From NCBI GenBank assembly GCA_964537265.1, contig CAZHZE010000001.1:27103-91102 (forward strand): a stretch of DNA of 64,000 bases, in the 5' to 3' direction. Below are positions 10,008 to 17,405 of the stretch, in pieces. Made by a program: the position numbers and the translations under genes. Position 1 is the first letter of the stretch. Every line of letters begins with the position of its first letter. The stretch comes from an uncultured Gammaproteobacteria bacterium. Lineage in GTDB: Bacteria; Patescibacteriota; Patescibacteriia; Patescibacteriales; GWC2-42-12. The notes beneath the pieces are model-generated. The model was not told the DNA's origin, made no database searches, and saw only the letters and a list, made by a program, of their open reading frames with translations.

Positions 10008-10955
10008 TTATTTTTTGTTTGCTGCCCTGAGTTTAGCGCTCCTGGCTCGAGGATTTTTTAAGACCTCCTCCTCAGTTGGCCTTAAAATCTGGTTATTTAA
10101 TATTTTTAAACTAGCCTTATGACCGCATTGGCAGATTGGCATAGCGGGCGGGCAAAGGCAATCTTTAGATTCTTGTTTAAAATATTGTTTAACGATTCTA
10201 TCTTCTAAGCTATGATAAGAAATAATTACTAATTTACCGCCGGTTTTTAATAATCCAACTGCTTGAGGCAAAACCGCTTGTAGATTTTCTAATTCTCCAT
10301 TAACGGCGATACGCAAGGCCTGAAAAACTTTAGTAGCCGGATGTATTTTATCTTGAAATCTTTTAGGTATGTTTTTAATAATAATTTCTGATAATTCTCC
10401 GGTGGTAGTAATTTTTTTTAATTTGCGTTCGCTAACTATGGCTAAAGCTATTTTATAGGCGAACTTTTCTTCGCCATAATCTCTAAATATTTTAGTCAAA
10501 TCTTCAGCACTCCAAGTATTAATAATATTTTCCGCCGTCTCCCCTATCTTCTCGCCAAAATTCATTCTTAGCGGCGCAGTAGATAATTTAAAAGAAAATC
10601 CTCTGCTCCGGTCTTCGAGTTGAGCTGATGATAGCCCCAAATCAAGTACAATGCCGTCAAACTTGGCATTTTCTTTAAAATATTTTTTGACAATGATTTG
10701 TAAATTTTTAAAATTGTCATGTGCTAAAATTATGTTTTTATTTTTTATTTCTGTTTTAAATTTTTTTTGAGCGTTAGCTATGGCTATATTATCCAAATCA
10801 ACAGCTAAAACTTTTCCTTGACCGCCGATTTTTTCTAAAATCGCTTTGCTATATCCGCCGCCGCCTAAAGTGCAATCTATAAAACTTTGACCAATTTTAG
10901 GTTTAAAAATTTCCATTACCTCCTTAAGCATGACTGGCGTGTGTTTATATTCCAT
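10008..10955 (-). CDS. rsmH: 16S rRNA (cytosine1402-N4)-methyltransferase
   Basis: Motifs HTPVML, DCTLGGGGYS and DLGLSSAQL, plus dcw cluster position. Confidence 0.9.
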   Translation of the reverse strand: MEYKHTPVMLKEVMEIFKPKIGQSFIDCTLGGGGYSKAILEKIGGQGKVLAVDLDNIAIANAQKKFKTEIKNKNIILAHDNFKNLQIIVKKYFKENAKFDGIVLDLGLSSAQLEDRSRGFSFKLSTAPLRMNFGEKIGETAENIINTWSAEDLTKIFRDYGEEKFAYKIALAIVSERKLKKITTTGELSEIIIKNIPKRFQDKIHPATKVFQALRIAVNGELENLQAVLPQAVGLLKTGGKLVIISYHSLEDRIVKQYFKQESKDCLCPPAMPICQCGHKASLKILNNQILRPTEEEVLKNPRARSAKLRAANKK

Positions 10956-10966
10956 CGGCTTTTAAA

Positions 10967-11104
10967 TTACAAAATTAAAGCTCTTTGCCTTTGCGCCATA
11001 ATTTCTTTTAAAATTCCAGTATCAACCAGCGGCGCTTTTATAACTCTCACCTTTATGCTTTGCGCTTGCTTTCTTGGGCTTTGGCAAATAATTGATTTAA
11101 TCAT
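10967..11104 (-). CDS. Possible 45-aa ORF in the mraZ-rsmH spacer
   Basis: Hand translation gives MIKSIICQSPRKQAQSIKVRVIKAPLVDTGILKEIMAQRQRALIL. It fills an otherwise unexplained 206-nt gap. There is no homology evidence. Confidence 0.2.
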   Translation of the reverse strand: MIKSIICQSPRKQAQSIKVRVIKAPLVDTGILKEIMAQRQRALIL

Positions 11105-11161
11105 ATTTTTGTTTTTATTTTTTACCCTGGTAAATAATTGAATTTGCCCGGGCTAATTTTT

Positions 11162-11593
11162 TTACACTCCAAGCTCGCCTAACGCTTCGGCAATATCGGC
11201 GCTTTTCTTTTCAGTGCCTTTTTTATATTTATTCCAAGCTGTTTCATCCCAAATTTCTAAACGGTTATAAAGGCCAGCAATAATTAAATTCTTTTTTAAA
11301 CCGGCAAACTTTCTTAAATATTCCGGTAGCATAATTCGGCCTTGATTATCAAAATTAACATCCATGGCTCCGCCCAGCATTAAACGAGAAAAAGCGCGCG
11401 TGTTAGATTTACTTATTGGCAGCTTAGCTAATTTCATGGCCAGCTCCTGCCATTCTTTTTTAGAGTACAAAAAAAGGCAGTTATCCAATCCTTTAGTAAC
11501 TACTGCTCCGCTTTTTAATATGGCACGGAATTTGGCCGGAACCGCTACCCTGCCCTTATCGTCTAAATTGTGATTATATTCTCCGATAAACAT
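11162..11593 (-). CDS. mraZ: Transcriptional regulator MraZ
   Basis: Starts MFIGEYNHNLDDKGRVAVPAKFR and contains a second DxxGR repeat (FDNQGRIMLP). It is the first gene of the dcw cluster. Confidence 0.9.
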   Translation of the reverse strand: MFIGEYNHNLDDKGRVAVPAKFRAILKSGAVVTKGLDNCLFLYSKKEWQELAMKLAKLPISKSNTRAFSRLMLGGAMDVNFDNQGRIMLPEYLRKFAGLKKNLIIAGLYNRLEIWDETAWNKYKKGTEKKSADIAEALGELGV

Positions 11594-11614
11594 GAAAAAT
11601 TTTTATAAAGTGTT

Positions 11615-11672
11615 AAGGCCCACGAGAAGTCTGACCAGCGGCAAGCCGCTCTTCAGACCCCTTCTTTGCCTT
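11615..11672 (-). other. 58-nt GC-rich extended hairpin in the mraZ 5' leader
   Basis: The minus strand reads AAGGC..GAAG..GTCTGA-AGA-GCGG-CTTG-CCGC-TGG-TCAGAC-TTC..GCCTT, with a CUUG tetraloop and a 3x3 internal loop. It lies about 20 nt upstream of the mraZ ATG. Confidence 0.4.
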
Positions 11673-11792
11673 AATTAAATTTTGTTTCGTTAGGCACGAA
11701 ACTGGCCATTCTCGCCGGCGTTATTATCTTGGCCGGCTTTATTTTTATTTTTGTTTTTTTAAAAAAGCTTAGGATAAAGGATTTTACCGTTT

Positions 11793-11856
11793 CACCACTA
11801 TTCCCCACCGTTCACCATTATACTATAATTATATACCACTTAATGCCATTTGTCAA
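11793..11856 (-). promoter_or_regulatory. mraZ promoter with three MraZ-box direct repeats
   Basis: The minus strand carries TTGACA (11851..11856), a 17-nt spacer and TATAAT (11828..11833). Downstream follow TGGTG, TGGGG and TGGTG at exact 10-bp spacing (11813-17, 11803-07, 11793-97). Confidence 0.65.
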
Positions 11857-11991
11857 TGATAAGCTACCACTAAAATTACAGCTAAAATTAAAGTAAAAAT
11901 AATAAAAAATACCCACCGCCTGACCGATGGATATTTTATGAAAAATATTATGAAATTTTTTTTATTTAGTTATCAACAACTTTATCCACAT

Positions 11992-12369
11992 TTATTTCTT
12001 CTTCTCGGTTATATCCGGATCTCTGTCATAAACAGGTTCAATAATTTTAAAGCTTCTTTTTTCATTTCTTGCAGACTTGCTTTTGCCGCTTTTGCCTGAT
12101 ATGGCAATGTCTAGAGCATAAGCTAAAGCATTAGCCGTTACCACGCCGATACGCAATGAAGTAAACGAGCCTCCCCTATTTTCTATCTGTATATTTTTTA
12201 AATCTTTTAATTTTAACTTATTAGCTTTAACTAATTTATCTATGGCCGGTAAAAGTTTCTCCGCCTGCGTTCGCTCGGCTTTAATTTTTTTAAGCACAAC
12301 AATTCGACCTTTATTCTTAAGGCTAATTTCTATTAAATTATTTGGCGTGGTGTTGATATATAATGTCAT
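11992..12369 (-). CDS. tsaB: Short TsaB-like protein (N-terminal half only)
   Basis: The motif GGSFTSLRIGVVTANALAYAL resembles the TsaB GPGSFTGLRIG region. At 125 aa it is about half the usual length. Confidence 0.55.
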   Translation of the reverse strand: MTLYINTTPNNLIEISLKNKGRIVVLKKIKAERTQAEKLLPAIDKLVKANKLKLKDLKNIQIENRGGSFTSLRIGVVTANALAYALDIAISGKSGKSKSARNEKRSFKIIEPVYDRDPDITEKKK

Positions 12370-12450
12370 AAAATTACTATAACAAAAAAATAAAAATAAA
12401 AAAAGGCGTTTCTGTATTGCAAGAAACGCCTAGAAACTTAAACAATTTTA

Positions 12451-14205
12451 TTATGGCACGGATAAAACCAGTATTTGTTTTACCGAGTCATAATAACTGG
12501 ACCCTGCCATATCGGCATAAGAATTGGATGCGTAATCGCCGCCGTAATTCAATTCTAATGTTGTTGGTCTATCTCGTTCGGTTTCAAATTTACCCCAGCC
12601 GCTTGAATCATAGATAATTTGGTCGCCAGGAGACCAACTCGTGAAATTTCCTCGAACAAAAGGTTTGGCGATAGAGCCGGCAATATAATTGTTATTTAAA
12701 TAAATGACAACCTTGCCTTCGACAATATCATAACGCAACCAATTATCACCGTTTACTCCAGGAGAATTTCCGAATGGCGCTCGACCATATATGTATATCG
12801 AGCCATTGCAGAAACCGATCAAAAGAGTTCCTTTGTCTTTATTAAAATAAATAGAACCGCCAACATCTGCCCAACTGTTGCTATCGTGATCTCCGCCGTA
12901 ATTAAAATTTATATACTTATTGAATGTAACAATTTTAGCCTCATAGTATCCGTCCTTATTAAAATCGGTGATATTTTCTATATTCCAACTATTAAAATCA
13001 CCGGCTATAAAAGGATTGGTTAACAACCCGGTAGCTGGGATTGCTTCTTTCCACAACTCCAAATTGTATTCCCAACGATAATCAGGCAGTAGCTTAGCCG
13101 ACACTAAACGCACATATTTATCCGGGCTAAGTTCCGGCTCAACCGTAAAAGTAGAAGAAAAATTATCGACCATCTGATTGCCGGCTAAATCAATAACTGC
13201 ATTAGACGGTATACTAATAGCGTAATTTTCTCCCTTCACCAAACTATTGCTGGGCGTAAAAATATAAGTTGCTGTTTCGCTGTTATAGCTACCAGCGCCC
13301 TCGACAGAATTACCGGCGTTATTCTTCAAGGGATTAACGGCGAGAATGTTCGCTGACCTTATATCTTCTGAAAAATTAATCACAATTTTTGAAGTTGGAG
13401 AAATTCTAACGCTCTTATCCGCCGGCAATACCTTTATAACTTGTGGCGGAATAGTGTCTGCTATAATCTGAACTACGGTAAAAGACGAAAGAAAATCTCC
13501 AGCCATTTCATTATCGGAGCCATCAATCACTTTCCCCGCCAAAATTCTCACATGGTATTTTTCTCCAGCTAATAAATTACTGCTTGGCGTAAATAATAAA
13601 ATCTGGCTATTGTAAACCGCGGTTCCGGCTACTTCATGGCCATGATCATCAGTCAGTATAAGAGCTTCGAGAACGTCAGGAGACATAACATCTTCAGAAA
13701 ATGTGACTTGAATCAAGGCTCCTGCAGAAATATTGCTGCTTCCATCAGATGGCGATATAATATTTATTTTTGGCGCAATTATGTCAACTGATCCCTGTAA
13801 TACATTAAAAGACGAAAGAAAATCTTTAAGCATCGCATTGCCCGAATTATTTATCACTTTTGCCGCCAAAATTCTAACATAATATTGGCCTGGCTGAAAT
13901 GCTTTATCCGGAGTAAATGTTAAAACTCGGTTATTATACAAGGACACTCCTGATAAATCTTGACCGCTGTTGTTAGTAACCACTATTGCCTGGAGAACAT
14001 CCGCGTATATAACATCTTCAGAAAACGTAATAGTAATTATACCATTGCCCTCCGCATTTGCTCCGTCAGATGGCGTGATGCTTATAACTTCTGGTCTTAT
14101 AACCGGGGCGTTATTACCGCCTGAACCGCTGCCTCCACCACTACAACCCACCAAAAAAATAAATAAAAACCAACAAAACCACAACATTGTTTCTTTTCTT
14201 CTCAT
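12451..14205 (-). CDS. Surface lipoprotein with three SbsA-type Ig-like repeats and two C-terminal carbohydrate-binding-like modules
   Basis: Lipobox LVGCSGG. Three repeats follow of the form I.PSDG...I.(I/V)TFSEDV...YN...L.FTP...L..G..Y.V.I....V.D..GN.M. Two modules contain GDFNSW / GNFTSW and NYGGD..SNS(W/Y)AD. The SD is AAGGAGGAG. Confidence 0.75.
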   Translation of the reverse strand: MRRKETMLWFCWFLFIFLVGCSGGGSGSGGNNAPVIRPEVISITPSDGANAEGNGIITITFSEDVIYADVLQAIVVTNNSGQDLSGVSLYNNRVLTFTPDKAFQPGQYYVRILAAKVINNSGNAMLKDFLSSFNVLQGSVDIIAPKINIISPSDGSSNISAGALIQVTFSEDVMSPDVLEALILTDDHGHEVAGTAVYNSQILLFTPSSNLLAGEKYHVRILAGKVIDGSDNEMAGDFLSSFTVVQIIADTIPPQVIKVLPADKSVRISPTSKIVINFSEDIRSANILAVNPLKNNAGNSVEGAGSYNSETATYIFTPSNSLVKGENYAISIPSNAVIDLAGNQMVDNFSSTFTVEPELSPDKYVRLVSAKLLPDYRWEYNLELWKEAIPATGLLTNPFIAGDFNSWNIENITDFNKDGYYEAKIVTFNKYINFNYGGDHDSNSWADVGGSIYFNKDKGTLLIGFCNGSIYIYGRAPFGNSPGVNGDNWLRYDIVEGKVVIYLNNNYIAGSIAKPFVRGNFTSWSPGDQIIYDSSGWGKFETERDRPTTLELNYGGDYASNSYADMAGSSYYDSVKQILVLSVP

Positions 14206-14330
14206 GATCTGCTCCTCCTTTATATTCTTTTGTTTAAATTATTTTTAATGACCAAATTTCTTATATATAAAAGGAATATTAACTCCTTAATATCCCCTTA
14301 TTAATAAAACTAAATTTTATAATTAAACAA

Positions 14331-15506
14331 TTAAAAAAACCAAACTGCTATTTTTTGCGCTAATTTCAATCTGAAAAAATGTTTTTGTTTATTAGCGGCT
14401 TCAGCTAAGACTTGCCTATAAATTTTCGCGGTAGTAATAACTAATTTTGACCAATTATAATTTTTATTAACTTCCGCTTTGGCTAGCAAGCCGTATTTAT
14501 GAACTAAGGCCGTATGTTTTAATAAATAAACTAATTTTATCTTTAAACTTCTAACATTTTTATTTTTAAAATTTACTCCGCATTTTTTAATAACATCGGT
14601 ATTCTCTCTGATATCGCTTACTAAGACGCATTTTTTGTAAGCCATGGCTTCTAACAAAGCTATGGATAAACCCTCTGATTCGGAAGGTTGCACAAAAAGA
14701 TAAGCGTTGGAAAAAAGTTCAGCTAAAGTAGAGCCGACTTGATTGCCAGTAAAAATTATATTCTTATTGCCGCGAGTTGATTCTTTAAGTTTTTTTACAT
14801 AATTATCAGTATAAGCTCCGTCTCCGACTATAACTAACTTTTTCTTAGTTTTTATGCTTTTATAAGCATCAATTAAATATTGAACTCCTTTATGGCCTAC
14901 CAACCTGGTAACCGCTAAAATATATCCATCTTTTTCTAACCCCCATTTTTTTATTTGATTAACTTTTATCTGCTTCATTGCACTGACACCATTAGGGATG
15001 AAAGCGGATTTAATATTATGTTTAGATTTAGCATAATTGGTTAAAGATTGCGAAATGGTAATTACTTTATCAGCCGAATGGCAGGCAAATCTCTCAGCCA
15101 GTCTTAAGCAGGTTTTGGCTAAACGACCCCATTTCTGATGCTCATAACATTTAGTATGAAAAGTAAAAACTACCGGCACACCCGGTTTTAATAATTTAGC
15201 TAACCAGATTAAAGAAGACGGCCCGATAGAATGAAAGTGGATAACATCAACATCCCTTTTTATTAAATCTAAACAGGCGCGAAAAGTATGACTAATAGCG
15301 TCAAAATGTTTAGTGGCTATATTGGGCAAGCTAATTAAATTAACGCCTTTATATTTGCGTAAATCAGCTTTAGTATGATTCGGTCTGGTATAGACAAAAA
15401 CTTCATGGCCAGCTTTGGCTAATCGTGTTGACAGCTCTTCAACATGCCTTTCTACTCCGCCGAATTTGGCCGGAATGCCCTTTTGTCCGATAAAATATAT
15501 TTTCAT
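14331..15506 (-). CDS. GT4-family glycosyltransferase (DUF1972-type N-terminus)
   Basis: Starts MKIYFIGQKGIPAKFGGVERHVEELSTRLAKAGHEVFVY. The C-terminal region (QPSESEGLSIALLEAMA) carries the GT4 E-x7-E motif. Confidence 0.85.
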   Translation of the reverse strand: MKIYFIGQKGIPAKFGGVERHVEELSTRLAKAGHEVFVYTRPNHTKADLRKYKGVNLISLPNIATKHFDAISHTFRACLDLIKRDVDVIHFHSIGPSSLIWLAKLLKPGVPVVFTFHTKCYEHQKWGRLAKTCLRLAERFACHSADKVITISQSLTNYAKSKHNIKSAFIPNGVSAMKQIKVNQIKKWGLEKDGYILAVTRLVGHKGVQYLIDAYKSIKTKKKLVIVGDGAYTDNYVKKLKESTRGNKNIIFTGNQVGSTLAELFSNAYLFVQPSESEGLSIALLEAMAYKKCVLVSDIRENTDVIKKCGVNFKNKNVRSLKIKLVYLLKHTALVHKYGLLAKAEVNKNYNWSKLVITTAKIYRQVLAEAANKQKHFFRLKLAQKIAVWFF

Positions 15507-15668
15507 AATAAATTGCTATAAAACTTATCAATTTCCCTTATTTTAATAGCATTTTTTAAGCTTATTTTAGCTATTTAATGCCTATTTTTACCTAAAAAAT
15601 TATTTAACTTATAATTCTAACATAGAAAAATTGATTTGTCAAGTATGTTTAGCTCAGGCTGGCTATTA

Positions 15669-17396
15669 TTAGTTTTTGTCCATAATTATAAAAGCATAAT
15701 TATCACTCGATAAATCATTGGTTAAATCGCCAAATGATTTTTCAATATTTTCTCGAGTAAAATCATCGAAGAAATTATATTTTATATTGTTAAGCAATAA
15801 AATTTTCTTTTTGGCATTAGCGGCGTTAGGAATAATAGTTAAGGCAAAAGCTAAGCGGCAATTTTCATCCAGGCTGCCGACTTCATCAACCTGCCAAGTA
15901 AACATATTTTTCTTGTCGTCAAAGGTAAGCGTCCCCTTATTAACGCTGCTTTCATTCGACCAAATTACGCCGGCTGGCAGCTCGGCTGAAACTTGCAAAT
16001 CAGCCAGCTTATTGCCATGGTTTTTTAATTGCCAAAAAATCCAATACTTCGTCGGTATGCCGGCGACCGGCGGTATTGGCCCTACTCCGAGCTGATCGCC
16101 GTAAACGCTAAAATATCTTGTTTCAGCTTTAAATTGATAAGTGGTTTTTATTTTAGAAGTATCAGATGAATAATATCCTCTTAATAAATCTTTATTGATA
16201 TAATATTGCGCCACAGCCTTTACGCTAATTGCATCGTTAATAAGAATCTCGGAGCGGGAAAATTGAGCGGTTATTTCAATATCTTCAGCTTCGCCTGACT
16301 TGAAACTTCTATCAAAAATTATTTGTTTACCAATTAACCTAACAAAAGGCTTATTGGCCATTTTAACTGATTTTAAATTATGGCTGGGCTTATTGGCTGA
16401 TAAATCTAAAACCAAATTATCAATACTTTTATCGCCGGAATTTTTTAAGGTAATTTTATAAATAATATCATCATCAATATCAACAACTTGTTTATCCGGC
16501 TTTATTTTTATAGACAAATCGGTTTCTTTAACAACGAAAATGCCGGTTAAATCCGCTTGATTAACTTTTTTGCCATTGATCGACGCGTCGGCCACTAATT
16601 TTATTTCCGCTTTGTCCCCCGCCCCGTCATAAATTACGCTAAATTTTATAGTTAGATTTTCACCGGCTTTTAGCTGCTTTATTTTTAATTTATTGTTTTC
16701 TTTTTCTACTTTATTTTTATCTTCTTCCAAATTTAAAGATATGCCAGAATTAATAAAACTTAATTCTAAATCTTTCAAATCGAATTGGCTGATATTTTTT
16801 AAAGTCAGGGAAATAGGCGTGGGTTGGCCACGATATAAAAAACCAGAATTATCACAAGTTATTTTAAGGCTCGATAAATCAATATTTATTTTTCTGGAAA
16901 ATAATTCATTAATTAATTTTCCGTTTAATAAATAACTTACATTAAGTATTACCTCGGAAGAACTGCCTGGAGCGCCGATAAAAACCCCCTTAATTTTTAT
17001 TGCGCCATTGCCACCGGGTATTAAATGCCCGATTTCAAAACTATTAGTTTTTTTATGGAAAAAATTATCAGGCGAAACTTCTTCTAAAATAAAACCTTCG
17101 GGAGAATTAAAGGAAAATTTTGTTTCCTCTAAATTAACTTTGGAAGTGTTGGCATATTTTATTTGAAAAATTACTTCCTGGCCGCTAACAATTTTATCTT
17201 TATCATAAGACACGTCAAAAGACAGCCTGTTTTTATAAGAAAAATCTGTAAATTTAATGAAAATTATAAAAAATATTAATACCACGACCATTGACGCTAA
17301 AATTATATCTATGGCCAGATGGATTTTTCTTTCCCGGTAATGCCTGTCATATCTCCATCTTAAGTAATTATTCAATTTTCTAATAGTTTTAAACAT
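15669..17396 (-). CDS. Membrane-anchored protein with a repetitive beta-rich ectodomain
   Basis: 575 aa with one N-terminal TM segment (LAIDIILASMVVVLIFFIIFI) followed by repeated beta-sandwich-like segments. No family confidently recognised. Confidence 0.6.
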   Translation of the reverse strand: MFKTIRKLNNYLRWRYDRHYRERKIHLAIDIILASMVVVLIFFIIFIKFTDFSYKNRLSFDVSYDKDKIVSGQEVIFQIKYANTSKVNLEETKFSFNSPEGFILEEVSPDNFFHKKTNSFEIGHLIPGGNGAIKIKGVFIGAPGSSSEVILNVSYLLNGKLINELFSRKINIDLSSLKITCDNSGFLYRGQPTPISLTLKNISQFDLKDLELSFINSGISLNLEEDKNKVEKENNKLKIKQLKAGENLTIKFSVIYDGAGDKAEIKLVADASINGKKVNQADLTGIFVVKETDLSIKIKPDKQVVDIDDDIIYKITLKNSGDKSIDNLVLDLSANKPSHNLKSVKMANKPFVRLIGKQIIFDRSFKSGEAEDIEITAQFSRSEILINDAISVKAVAQYYINKDLLRGYYSSDTSKIKTTYQFKAETRYFSVYGDQLGVGPIPPVAGIPTKYWIFWQLKNHGNKLADLQVSAELPAGVIWSNESSVNKGTLTFDDKKNMFTWQVDEVGSLDENCRLAFALTIIPNAANAKKKILLLNNIKYNFFDDFTRENIEKSFGDLTNDLSSDNYAFIIMDKN

Positions 17397-17405
17397 ATGT
17401 TTTAT

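Noticed and set aside
10887-11141. The 84-aa plus-strand ORF spanning the rsmH start and the mraZ-rsmH spacer.
   Set aside because: It overlaps the rsmH 5' end in antisense, is hydrophobic low-complexity, and has no SD or promoter. The same-strand 45-aa ORF is the more economical, though still weak, alternative.
11615-11672. Possibility that the GC-rich hairpin upstream of mraZ is the SRP (4.5S) RNA.
   Set aside because: Neither strand shows the conserved helix-8 features (a GNAR tetraloop flanked by the AGCA / GGAA-type loops). The tetraloop here is CUUG (CAAG on the other strand). I kept it only as an unassigned leader structure.
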